Positions 1-11,645 of a DNA stretch of 64,000 nucleotides are shown piece by piece (the stretch's first letter is position 1; every line of letters begins with the position of its first letter). The stretch spans positions 84,506,001-84,570,000 of the forward strand of contig CM068745.1 of assembly GCA_035084275.1 (NCBI GenBank), in the 5' to 3' direction. A program made the translations under genes and the position numbers. Under the pieces are notes generated by a model. The model saw nothing but the letters and a program-made list of their open reading frames with translations, was not told the DNA's origin and searched no databases. This DNA is from Hydrolagus colliei. Its lineage: Eukaryota.

Positions 1-1281
1 TTGAACACATGGCCTCGCTGAGATGCTGAAACGAACATTTCAAACCTACATTTCTGGCTTTGCTGCTGGACTTGTTGAAATAAAAGACCACAGGTTAAAG
101 AGGCTTATAGTTCAGGAACCAGATCGAGACAAAACAGCATTAACTTCTAAAAGGATGTGGTTGGTGAGACTTAATGTATTCAGCTTTGTTATAGAGAGCT
201 TTGAAATGTACTTGTGTTCTCTTTATAAAGCAACCACTGCTTTATTCTTCATATGAAGAATCGGTTCTCATTTTAAGTCTGGAAAACCAAGCCAATACTT
301 TGGTTACTTTGCTCACAAAACATCCACTACAGTCACTACACTTTACAGTAAATCCTGTGAAGTGTATTTGAGAAATCCTCCTGAAAAGCACTCAAATGCA
401 AGGATTATTACCACAGAATAATAAAACCTGCAACACAAATATATAATTTAAAGATTAATTACATTTCATGCATTTAAGTTCTGGTAACATTAATGGAAGG
501 ACCAAGTAGACCTGAATTGTGTGATCCTTGCAGTTTCTTATTCAGGGCAAAATGGCATATCTTATCAAAGGTTCAGTAATTTAAAAATATATTTGTAAGG
601 AAATCACTCCATTGTAGGACATGGGATTAAAAGGACCCTTAGTTAATTGCTTTCCTTGTTAATTAGATGTGAAAAGTGCTTTATCAAATGCCAGGATTAT
701 TAATTAGTTTTGCTAATTAACTGGTTGCCCAAGCTTCAAACAGTCAAATTTACTTCTGATGAAGAATTTCTCAAAAGGTTATTTGCAGGAGCAGCTACAA
801 AATACAAGGTCAGCACATTTTGCTGTAATATAATAATAATTCTTGTATTTGATTTAACACCTTTTCATGTTGTTGATAGATTTCAAAGCGCTTCACTGAA
901 TATTGTAGGAAGTGTAATGACTGTGTGTTTTCTGGGCTGTACATCCTGTGCTTTGACAGATCTCCCTGATGCAAAAGGTCCTGTACCAAATGTAAAGATT
1001 GTTATTAGTACAAGATGTTAATGTTAGTTAAATGGGATTGAAAAGTAAACTTGCTCTGAGAAAGTAAACCCAGAACAATACTTTAGGTTGCGCCAAGACA
1101 ATAGGTTTAGAGCTGGAAAGGCAATACCAGGAAGTCCTGTATCTTAGTGGTTACAGCACTCATAATAATAATAATAATCCTTATATTTAAGGATTGTAAG
1201 GATTCAATCCTTACAATTGAATTGTAAAGATTCAATTCAATCCTCCTCTTGCTTGTGAGAGGAGAGGAGGCGAGTGCTGTA

Positions 1282-1611
1282 CCCAGGAGGGCAAAACATT
1301 GGGCAAGTTTCCTTACTCCACACGACTCTATTTACCTAGCAGTAAGTAGGACGAATACTTATACGGGAACCTGGTTGTTAGTCGATTGACAGATCGCTTT
1401 TCTGGGGGGAATAATTTCTTCATAAATAGTCGGTCACTCAACCCACCACTGTTCGTGGGATGCTGCTGTGTGGAATTGGCTGCTGCGTTTCGCCCACAAA
1501 ATATATAAGTCAATTCACTTTACAGGTTATTTTGTGAAACGTTTTGAAACGTCTCAAAGACATGACAATGCGCTATATCAAACGCAAGGACTATTATTAT
1601 TTTTATTATTA
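1282..1611 (+). mobile_element. tRNA-derived SINE, long variant, head damaged
   Basis: ttgggcaagtttccttactcca, Deu-like body tgctgtg..aattggctgc..tttcgcccacaaa, tail gcgctatatcaaacgcaagg(att)n. Confidence 0.85.
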
Positions 1612-2340
1612 TTCATTTTTCTTAATCCATGAAAGTGATTAACGAATGGTACAGGTTGCAGGAAGGGTGGTAAACCAGGACACTGATCTCATTACAAACT
1701 ATATTGATATTGTGATGAGGAGACAGTAGGGTGGGTACTGTGGAGGAATAAGATAGGCCAAAGGAATTTCTTCATCCAGACTTATCTTGTGATTTTATCA
1801 AACAAAATACAGTAGTTATCTTGTGATATAACGAGTTAAGTGTCTGAGTTAACCAACTGTATTCAGTAAATACCGTAAACAGCTTCTAATGTACCTACCC
1901 CACTCTATTTTCCATTGTTTTCTACAGGACTTTAAAATCACATTTTATTTGATACAGTACCTTATCAAAAACATTAGATTTTTAATGTGTACTGCTAATC
2001 AGAAAATGTAATCGGTGGAGCAAAGGTGGGGGAGGAGGGGGGGAAAGGCAGAGAAACAGACGTCAACACTACCAATTTGTTTTAAGACTTTTCTTCAAAC
2101 ACCGTGAAAAAGACCCAAGTTATAGGGATGGAAGATCAAAGTGCTTCACAGGATTTACTGTAAAAAGCAGTGAGAGTCCCAGGGGCAATGCGGGCAGCAT
2201 GAAACTCCAGTTCCGTTGGATTTAGCTCTGAGGTTTTCCCTTATTTCTGTCCATGTGGCATTCTCAAAAGTATGATCGGCGTAGGTTGGTGCACATGTAA
2301 AGGGATGATCTCCAGAAGTTGGTGTTAAGCTATATATGGA

Positions 2341-2728
2341 GTCCTGTGGCTCAGTGGTTAGAGCACTCGCCTTACAAGCGTGAGACCTGTGTTTGAATCC
2401 AGGCAGATCAGGGAGATACCTTGGGTTGGTTTCCTTACTCCACACACCTAATAATAATAATAATTATAATTATAATTATTAATAATAATAATAATAATAA
2501 TCCGTCTAATAATAATCCGTCCCCAAAAAACACAATACTGTAATAAAATTGGTCATTTCAATCCATGACTGTTTGTGGGACGTTGCTGTGCGCAATTTCG
2601 CCTTGTTTCGCCCACAAATATACAGTCAATTCACTTTACAGTACATTCTGTGAGGCGCTTTGAGACGTCTAGAAGACGTGAAAAGCATATAGCAATTGGA
2701 AGGATTATCATATTACTGTATTATTATA
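2341..2728 (+). mobile_element. Full-length tRNA-derived SINE with internal (TAA)n expansion
   Basis: A box tggctcagtgg, B box gtttgaatcc, cTTACaa anticodon-like loop, body and L2-like tail. Confidence 0.92.
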
Positions 2729-3198
2729 ATGGTTAAAACAAAAGAACAATGTGTTAAACTAAAGCACGTGACTGTGGAAGCACTCACGTCTAGAGGGAGA
2801 TTAATTATCCTGAATTTGAGTCAAACCTATGGTTTGAAGTGAACGGTCAATATGATCCGATTCTGCGCCACATCTAAACAGCTAAAAAAAAACACAGGGG
2901 GATGTCATACCACCTGCGGAGTGTGCACTGGCTCTCAGAGTAAGCTGTATCTTCCACCGCACTGCCCTGCGCTATCTCCGTACTCCTTCCAACCTCTAGG
3001 CTTTCATAATTGAAAGTCAGGAGAAGAGCTTTGCAGGATCCAACCTTCAGGAGGAGTGATTGCGTACTCTCTAGGGGGTGAAGAAACGGCAGCCAATGTT
3101 GAGACGTTTCGATGTGTTGAGTTGCTCTATCAAATGAGAGTAAGATTGTTATCCAATCACAGCAAATCGTTGACGAGATTATTTCCCTATCCTGACAG

Positions 3199-3302
3199 AT
3201 GCTGTCGAAATGTCCCTGACTGACCCCAAACTCTGCTACATTTTGGATGGAATTCTTTTTGTCTATGGGATTGTAGTCACTGCATTCTACCTTAGATTGA
3301 GG
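3199..3302 (+). CDS. CD247: CD3-zeta exon 2 (short ectodomain + TM): (x)DAVEMSLTDPKLCYILDGILFVYGIVVTAFYLRLR
   Basis: Flanked by ctgacAG / GTaagt; 104 nt, phase 1 to 0; DPKLCYILDG motif with the dimer Cys and TM Asp of zeta chains. Confidence 0.97.
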
Positions 3303-3394
3303 GTAAGTTGCTTAACATTGGCATGTTTCTATTCAGCTATAAAGATGTTCAAGGGTGAATCTCTGCGGGGAGGGGAGTGGGGGGGGGGGATTAG

Positions 3395-3605
3395 GAGTTG
3401 CCGATGAGGAGAGTCTTGAGGCGAGACTTGAAGGAGGCCAGGGAGGGGGCGAGGCAGAGGGACTGCGGGAAGGAGTTCCAGAGGTTGGGAGGGCAGAGTT
3501 TCTCAAGCCTTGCCCGCCAATGGTTGGGGGGGGAGGTGGGTTGTGGGTCGGGGGAAGTGGAGCGGAGGGGGCGAGCAGGTTGGTGAGGGGATAGGAGGAC
3601 ATGGG
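3395..3605 (-). mobile_element. L2 ORF2 C-terminal fragment
   Basis: Similar to L2 copies at 9.1-9.3 kb and 48.3 kb (LWNSLP..SL..FK..LKT region). Confidence 0.7.
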
Positions 3606-3936
3606 GGTCCCAGATTCAAAAGGACCCTGGTATTGCCTCACAAAAACAGCGAACCTCTCACCAGGTCGCTGGTTGTCATCCTTCAGCTCTCAACTTAGAG
3701 ACTGAATTTAGGAATTCTTCCCAACTCTGCACCATTTACAATTAAGGCAAAATACAGACTGGGGCTCGGGTGGAACGTCATGTCTCTTCAAACTAAATAA
3801 CACACTTTGTGACCATAGTTCCAGGTCACATCCTCAAGAGATGGACACAGCAGGTGGACTTAAACTGGCCCAAGAGATAGAAAACCGCCAGGACTGAAAA
3901 CACCAAATTTATGCTTTTACTGTTTTGTTCTCGCAG

Positions 3937-4005
3937 TTTAGCAAAGCAAAGAGCAAACCTGGAGATGCCGCTGGGAATGCACCAGACACAGAGGACCCGT
4001 ATCAG
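3937..4005 (+). CDS. CD247: CD3-zeta exon 3: FSKAKSKPGDAAGNAPDTEDPYQ
   Basis: ttgttctcgcAG / GTgagt; 69 nt, phase 0-0; ends in first Tyr of ITAM1. Confidence 0.93.
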
Positions 4006-4413
4006 GTGAGTATTGTTGTAAATCTCTAAGTTAGGAAGATTTGCGTTGCAAAGTGGCTGCTGTTCCTCCCTTGGCAAAGGGTTTAGACTCTGAATCAGAA
4101 AGCAAGGCCCAATACAGGACCATAGTCAACCCCAAAGGAGATTGCGTCAGAGCGCAGTTTACTGCACACACTATCAAATATTGGTAGGGTTCAATATTGA
4201 CTGATCATTTATAAACCACCCTGCTGGGATTTTGACCCCAGTTTGACTTTTATTCCCCCCCCCCAGTGAAGAAGTGTTGTTGTTGTTGTTCAGGGGAATG
4301 GTCAAATCGCTTTGACTCTGAGCCCAGTTCTCAAAACAACAGGAAACAAATCCATTTATTATTATGCAGTATGAATTGTGTTTGTACTGTAACCGAGTTC
4401 AACCAAGAACATT

Positions 4414-4788
4414 TAATAATAATAATAATAATCCTTGCATTGGATATAGTGCTTTCCATATCTTCTAGACAACAACAAAATTACACTTGTATATTTCACG
4501 TCAGGAGGACGTCACAAAGCGCTTCACAGAACATACTGTAAACTGAATTGACTGTATATTCATGGGCGAATCGCGGCAGCCAATTGCGCACAGCAGCGTC
4601 CCCCCCACAAACATGTCTGTGGATTGAAATGACCGATTTATTATGTTTTTCTCTTGGCTTTGCGGCCAGAAGCAATATTATTAGGCGCGTGTAGCAAGGA
4701 AACTTGCCAAAGCTGTTGCCCTGCTGGGAATTGAATTGGATTGCCCTGCTTGTAAGGCGAGCGCTCTAACTACTGAGCTACAGGGCTC
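4414..4788 (-). mobile_element. Full-length SINE with an L2 tail inside its own tail
   Basis: Reverse complement of the SINE consensus; L2-type tail at about 4470-4512. Confidence 0.9.
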
Positions 4789-4942
4789 TGGTAAAGGATC
4801 GAGGAGGACAAGGAGGCAGAGGGATACTCGGTCAGACGCACAAAATTCCGAAGAATGGGACGAAGGGCCTTCGTCATCCAACCGGTCTTTTGATCTTTGT
4901 CTAAATTAACTTTTGTGGAGCGCTGCAACGCTCCACAAAGGG

Positions 4943-5277
4943 CAAGTGAGAGACCCGAGTTCAATCCCCGGCAGGTCAGGGCGAAGTTTCCTTACTCCAC
5001 AGGCTAATAATGATCCCTCAAATAAATAACAAAAATTTCAATCCATGACTGTTTCAACAACAACAACTTTGATTCATATAGCGCCCTCCACGCCGGACAG
5101 TGACTCAGAGCGCTTTAACAGGGGTCACTGGGGTCACTGCTGTACGCAACTGGCTGCCTCGTTTGGCCCACAAATACACAGTCAATTCAATCGGCGGTAT
5201 TTTCTGTGAAGCGCTTTGAGACGTCTGGAGTAGATGTGAAAAGCTGCTGTATCAAATGCCGAGGGCTATTATCATCA
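4943..5277 (+). mobile_element. SINE interrupted by an antisense L2 (family B) tail at about 5056-5114
   Basis: B box gttcaatcc, ccttactcca, body and tail; insert matches 8948-9010. Confidence 0.85.
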
Positions 5278-5466
5278 ACAAAATCAGTTAGTGCAGAACG
5301 GACTCTGCTTCCCAGGGGAATGCTGCGGTTTGCGGAGTGGCTTCACATGGCTTCGCTGCCGGGAGCCAGGAGGGGAATCACTTTGGCAACGTGTTTGCGG
5401 CGTGGGGTTTCCTTCCTCCCCAGGTGTGGTGGCGGTCACGGTGACTGACCTCTGTGTGCTCTACAG

Positions 5467-5553
5467 GCCCTGCAGAATCAGGATAAGGATCAGTATTCAA
5501 GTCTTGCCTTTGACCAGGGAGGCCGAGACGCGGAGGCTGGAACTGGAAAGCGG
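5467..5553 (+). CDS. CD247: CD3-zeta exon 4: ALQNQDKDQYSSLAFDQGGRDAEAGTGKR
   Basis: ctctacAG / GTaatt; 87 nt; completes ITAM1 YQAL-x7-YSSL. Confidence 0.93.
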
Positions 5554-5884
5554 GTAATTTATTTTCACCTTCTCTACCGCAGTTTTGCGAAACAGCGCCC
5601 GTCACCACAAGCATCAGAGCGGTAACTTTAGCAATGCAGATGCTGAATGGAGGAAATGTGTCTTCTGCTCCCCTCCTAACTCTCCCCCCCCACCCCCCAC
5701 CCCCCCTCCTACTCTCCTCCCACCTACCCCGACCCTTCCCCCCCACCCCCCACTCGGGTCCCGACCTAACTGTTCAGCGCCTTGGGAAATGTAATGTAAA
5801 TGTAATGTTATTGTGGTCACACATCTATCTTACACGTCAAGTTCACAACAGTACAGAGACTGCACCAATATGGACGGTGTGCAG

Positions 5885-6395
5885 TTGGGAGGGAGTGTGG
5901 CTGGGAGGGAGTGTGGTTGGGAGGGAGTGTGGTTGGGAGGGAGTGTGGTTGGGAGGCGTGTGGCTGGGAGGGAGTGTGGTTGGGAGGGAGTGTGGCTGGG
6001 AGGGAGTGTGGCTGGGAGGGAGTGCGGTTGGGAGGGAGTGCGGCTGGGAGGGAGTGCGGTTGGGAGGGAGTGTGGTTGGGAGGGAGTGTGGCTGGGAAGG
6101 AGTGTGGTTGGGAGGCAGTGTGGCTGGGAGGGAGTGTGGCTGGGAAGGAGTGTGGTTGGGAGGGAGTGCGGCTGGGAGGGAGTGCGGTTGGGAGGGAGTG
6201 CGGCTGGGAGGGAGTGCGGCTGGGAGGGAGTGCGGCTGGGAGGGAGTGTGGTTGGGAGGGAGTGCGACTGGGAGGGAGTGCGGCTGGGAGGGAGTGCGGT
6301 TGGGAGGGATTGTGGCTGGGAGGGAGTGTGGTTGGGAGGGAGTGTGGCTGGGAGGGAGTGTGGTTGGGAGGGAGTGTGGCTGGGAGGGAGTGTGG
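5885..6395 (+). repeat. 16-bp G-rich minisatellite, about 32 copies of TGGGAGGGAGTGYGGY
   Basis: Directly visible tandem array in CD247 intron 4. Confidence 0.97.
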
Positions 6396-7197
6396 AGAGA
6401 GGAGACTCGCAGGTTTAAAAACAAAGGAAAAATTGCACTTTTGTCATCCGCATGCAAAGTGAATGTGGAATCACTGACTGGCCATCACACCCAGACACAG
6501 GCAATATGAATCCCGTGATATAACAAGGCTTTACTGTGAGATCTCATACGGTTATCCCATTGTAGAAATGGTATTAAAAGGTCTGTTATCAACTGATAAA
6601 TTGGAGCAAGCTGGATGGTTCGAATGGGTTGCTTCTGTTCCTGTATTTGGGTATAGAAATTGAACCGCTTCCAAGGAATACTGGATCCTACAACCACAAT
6701 ATGTCATCTGTTTTTCATCAATTGAAAGTACGATAGCACATCTGGGCGGGTAGGCAGGTTTGAAGCATTAAATTGAGACATTCACACAAGGGTCCCACAA
6801 AATCGACCTCCGCTCTGTGTTCGTATCGACCACAAGATCGCGGCGTTTTGATGAATGAGCAGAATGGAGCAAATGGAGGAAGTTCATTTCTTTCCGGGCG
6901 GTCCAATTAACTGCCCCGATGGTTCGCGCAAACCAACTGGGAAACCTTACAACAGGCGGTTGTCACCTCTTCATGGTTACCTGCCAAAGTCAAACCTTTT
7001 GTTGTCTCTCTCTCTGCCCTCGAGGGGAGGGGGTAAATGCATTTTGTAGTTTCAGCCATCTGTTCATCTGCAGTTCCTTCCTTTGATAAGGTTTTGTGCC
7101 GCACACAGTTCTTTTTGGTAGGTACGTCAGAGTGGAAAATTTGATCAAAAAAAAATCCAACATGAAAACGACACCATTGACTGCCTCCCTCCACCCC

Positions 7198-7228
<31 letters not shown>

Positions 7229-7449
7229 ACTTAACCACAGGGAGTAGGAGTATGCCACATACATCTGGGCCCTGCAAAGAACCTCTTTGGTAATGAACGC
7301 ACGTGAATATCTTTTGTTTCTTCAGAGCGATAAATCAGTGTGTACTTTACTGTATGTTTGTGAAAAAAAAACACTGAAGCACTTAGCATGGCTAACAAAT
7401 TTCCAGGGGTGGTGGGTTGGGAGAGAGGGGGGCGGGGGGGAGGGAGTCG

Positions 7450-7570
7450 TGGACTAGAGTTCGGGAGATATTTACTTGAAAGGGAAAGAGCCGGGGGAGT
7501 GAGGCTGATTAAGTGGCTCTTTCAAAGAGCCGGCAGAGGCACGATGGGCCGAATGGCCTCTTTCTGCACT
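7450..7570 (+). mobile_element. CR1 3' tail fragment
   Basis: gctctttcaaagagccggc..gatgggccgaatggcct, shared with 8.7 kb and 16.95 kb copies. Confidence 0.75.
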
Positions 7571-8334
7571 ATTGGATTGCATGATTTACAAACTGGGATG
7601 GTAAATGGACAGTTTAATTGGATGGTGAATTCTAGTATCACAAGGACTAACTCCCAAGACAAACAAAAACAGTTAGAACAGTCCTGGCGAGGACACGTGA
7701 GGCGAGGTGGAAATTGCGCTCTGCTAGGGAGTCAAATGTCAATGCGAGAAAACAAACGTAATCTCAAATACAAACGGAAATGAACACGAAGGCTTTCTGA
7801 ATAACTCGGGTTTAAAAATGAACACCGACTGAACAGAAATTCCGAAGCTCTGAGACGCCAAGAATCTTCAAGGGCCTTAAATTAAATTATTGAGGTTCAT
7901 GCCTTAATATCGTCTGTGAAAGACCTTCTGTGGTGGAGCAGGCTCAACAGATCAACTGGCCGTGCGTCTATGTCCCTGCTAGGCAAGGCTTCCAACATTC
8001 CCCCAGCTAGTTTGTTGCATCAAGTCTTTCTCCTGCCAGCCTCTCCTCCTACTCCTCCTCCTCCTCAACCTCACTTGCTTGAGGTTTCCTTCAGTCTTAC
8101 TGTGTGTGCTGCTTACTCTATGTTTCCATCCACCGATAGTGAGAGTGAAAAAGTATCACCGTTTGTTTCTCACTCTCAGTATCAATCTCGCAATATTGAT
8201 TGCTTAGCTTTTCTGCATCGTTGCATTGTCAAACACGACAACAACAAAATTACACTTGTATAACATCTTTCACGTCAAGGGGACATCGCACAGGTATAGC
8301 ATTTCAACATTTCATGTTGAAATGGAGGTAGAAA

Positions 8335-8765
8335 TTCTTCAGCTATGAGGAAAGGCTAGAGAGGCTGTGTTTATTCTCATTGGAACAGAGAAGGTTACGA
8401 GGAGACCTAACAGAGGTGTTTCAGGTCATGAGGGGATTCGACAGAGTAAACAAGGAAAAAACTGTTTCCACTGGTGGGTGTATCAGTGACTCGTGGTCAC
8501 AGATTTAAAATAGTTTCAAAACGAAGCAGAGGGGAGCTGAGGAGAAATGTTTTTCACTCAGTGGGTTGTTCGAATCTGGAATGCATTGCCTGAAAAGGTG
8601 GTGGAGGCCGATTCCATAACAGCTTTTAAAAGAGAGGTAGACATTTATTTGGGGAGGAAGGGTTTGCGCGGTTATAGGGAGAGAGAGAGCTGGGGAGTGG
8701 GATTGAATTGCTCTTGTTGAAGAGCCGAATGCTCTTTAACAAACGAAAGCCGATGGGCCGAATGG
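8335..8765 (+). mobile_element. CR1 LINE 3' end (ORF2 C-terminus + tail)
   Basis: Translates to YEERLERL.LFSLEQRRLRGDL.EVF..M.GFDRV; tail gatgggccgaatgg. Confidence 0.9.
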
Positions 8766-8947
8766 TAATACAATTTTTATTCTATTATTTTAGTGTTTTT
8801 TTTCCTGAAAGGGACAGGGCAAACCCAACAGGTTTATAATCGAGAGGTCTTTACAGTATGTGTAAATTATAGACTTCCATCACACATTTGATCATAGTTG
8901 GGTATCGCATCGTTTGACATTGGCCCTATTTTAAATTGACTATTTAC

Positions 8948-9400
8948 ACGACGACAACAACTTTGATGTATACAGCGCCCTCCACGCCGGACGGCGTCTC
9001 AGAGCGCTTCACAGTAGCGGATCCTGGAACCCAGCCAGGGTCAGGGGGAGAAAGGTGACCAAAAGCTCGGTCAAAGAGAAAGGTCTTCAGCTGTGACCTG
9101 AAACTGGGAAGAGAGGGAGGGGGCGAGGGGAAGGGAGTGAGGAAGGGAGTTCCAGAGCCTCGAGGTGTAGTGGCTGAAGGTACGGCCGCCGAGGGTGGAG
9201 CGGAGGACTCGAGGGGCATGGAGGAGGCCAGACCCAGAGGAGTGAAGGCAACGGGAGCTGGTTTGAGGAGAGAGGTCAGAGAGATAGGGGTGGGGGGGGG
9301 CAGAGGAGTGGAGGGATTTCAAAACAAGGGTGAGGATCTTGAAATTGATCCTCTCCAGGACTGGGACAGTGAAGAGCGGCAAGGACTGGGGTGATGGGGG
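8948..9400 (-). mobile_element. L2 LINE (family B) 3' fragment
   Basis: ERINFKILTLV..L / LWNSLP / F.SQLKTFLFDRAF, then tail gtgaagcgctctgagacgccgtccggcgtggagggcgct..(gtt)n. Confidence 0.9.
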
Positions 9401-10144
9401 AGCAAAATTTGGTACACGTCACTGATATCAGAATTTGTAGTTTCTTACTGACCTCTTGAAATGGAAAGTAGGACAGGAAGGAGGAGGGTGTTTTCCTGTC
9501 TGTGGTTTCTCACAGGCCTGACTTCAACGCAAAAAGTCAATCTGGAGCCTCAATATTCGCGCTGAATTGAGCGGGTTTAATTCCATTTGTTTTCGCTCGG
9601 TGCAAACCCCAGAGTATTCTCACACCCGAGGGTTATCCGACCAGCGGTTTACACTTTGAGAGGCAACGCTTTCTTTGTCGTGTGTGTTGTGTTTCTCCCA
9701 CCTGCTGCCGGCTCGGTTTGAAAGGAGAAGGGAGTTTATCCTGAATCATAATCCTCCAGATTTAATTGATGAACTAATTAATCCGGACCCACTAGATTGT
9801 CTGTGTGATTTTTATGGTGCAAATTTTATGCCTCAAAAATAGTCCCTGGACTTGATAACAATAAAGCTGCTGTCTGTATTATTATTATTATTGTTATTAT
9901 TTATAGTAATACAGGAAGACCGTCTCTTGCTGGCTTCATAATGCCCTGTGTGTCCCACCACTCTGCTCACTCCTGTGTTACCAGGGAGCCGCGAGGGCTC
10001 AACTGACTGGTTGAATAAACCGTTTTGATATTTTTGCGCTGCATCAATTTGTGATTCTATATTTCCTTTTTGCAAAAATTTTTTTTTGTTGTTGTTGTAA
10101 AATCAGAATCTAAAACAGCCCGTTTTTTTCTTTCTTTTGATCAG

Positions 10145-10192
10145 AACCGAAGGAGGAGAGATGATGCTGCCAATGCGGATCCCACTTATACT
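10145..10192 (+). CDS. CD247: CD3-zeta exon 5: NRRRRDDAANADPTYT
   Basis: Long pyrimidine tract ..gatcAG / GTaagt; 48 nt; basic stretch then first Tyr of ITAM2. Confidence 0.9.
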
Positions 10193-11252
10193 GTAAGTAC
10201 CGTTTGTAATTTCAAAGTACTGTAACTTTGCCATCGCATGTTAGCAGTAAGGTAGACCTGCTCCCAACCAATTGTGGAAGAGTTCAAGCCTTGAACCAAA
10301 AGCCATTTGGTTTCGAGGCCACAGATCCCCCTCTCTGTTCTCCAGGCTCTTTTATTCTGACCTAATTCTTCTATGGAAACCATTCATTCGCGCACAAAGT
10401 GTGACACCCTACACATTATACCTCCCCGATTTCCGGGGACAGATACCTCTATCTCGCCAAATTTGCCCTGTCTTGAGTTCAGTCATAAGCAATAAAATTT
10501 GAAAATGGATTTTACCCATACGAGAAACACAGCCAATCATGTATCTAAATCATGTTTCTCCATTACTGCCAGTATCAGGAATTGTGGTTGAATCCAATTT
10601 TTTTTAAAAAAATACATGCCCCCCTATTTGGTTTCCAAACCAGCCCAGATAAAAATATCCTGAGTATAGACAGTACTGTATCTGTACAGTTGTCATCAGA
10701 GCTATTAAAGGATTAGTTAACAACAAACTTGATAAACAGAAGTAAATCTGTATTACTTTTTCAGCAGCACAATCTGATTAAATTACATTTTACCACCCCA
10801 GCTTTCACAACTGTAAGTTTTTAGGGACACCCTTTTTGTAACATTGATACTCAAAAGTTACTCGACATTGGGACTGGCAATGTTGGTAATCCTAACCCTT
10901 TGGATCTGGACTATTCCAGGGAGACACTGATCATAGAGAGTGGTAGAAATTGGGAAACAAGTTAAAACATTGCACCTAAGACACGGCCTAGAACCTGTTG
11001 ATAAAATAGCAGGGCTATCGAGAAGAATGTTGGGAGAAAGCATGCAAAAGTCTTGATTAACAGTCATGTGTGGAGTGGAAGGAGAAATAAATGAATAAGG
11101 AATTTTTTTAAATTAAAAAACGGTACAAAAAAGAGATGTTTTGGAGTTATAATTTAAAATAAACAATTCTGATTTAGCTTCGATCATGAGTGAACATAAC
11201 AGATGTGAGACTTTCGCCTGAAAAATATCTAAATGTACATTTTATTTTGTAG

Positions 11253-11309
11253 AAACTGAATCCCAAGAACAAGAGTGAAGCATATGGTGAACTGAGACAG
11301 AATCAGAAG
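11253..11309 (+). CDS. CD247: CD3-zeta exon 6: KLNPKNKSEAYGELRQNQK
   Basis: ttttgtAG / GTatga; 57 nt; completes ITAM2 YTKL-x8-YGEL. Confidence 0.93.
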
Positions 11310-11645
11310 GTATGAGAAATATTCTTGGATCTATTGACAGCAGCAACTTCATCCACATGTCCACACAGCCTTATCCAACTGTAGCTTTCAATACCACTTG
11401 TTTTATTCATAACGTATAAATGATAATAATAATAATATTTGATATAGCAGCTTTCACATTGGGAGCACGGACACACTGTAAAGTGGAGTAGCTTTTTTCT
11501 GTGTGGGCATCCGGAGTGGGAATCAAAGTTCTACTTAAAACAGTTTTGTTTTGCTGTAGTCCTGGGGCCATTGAGGAACTATTTGTGTATCCGTGTATTT
11601 CAACAAGAACCAAACGATCCTAACCTGTGCCGTTCTCTACCTCAG

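Noticed and set aside
744-808. AG..GT-bounded segment with an ATG at 759 as CD247 exon 1
   Set aside because: ATG to donor is 50 nt (phase 2, exon 2 needs phase 1) and MKNFSKGYLQEQLQNT is not a signal peptide; exon 1 is probably upstream of the window.
2341-2415. tRNA-Val(TAC)-like gene (also heads at about 4720-4788, 39330-39395, 56970-57042, 63110-63170)
   Set aside because: Imperfect cloverleaf, continuous with SINE body and tail, and multi-copy: these are SINE heads.
5885-6395. CRISPR-like array
   Set aside because: No unique spacers; eukaryotic intron.
5634-6509. Long ORFs (183-291 aa) on both strands
   Set aside because: Artefacts of the stop-free 16-bp minisatellite.
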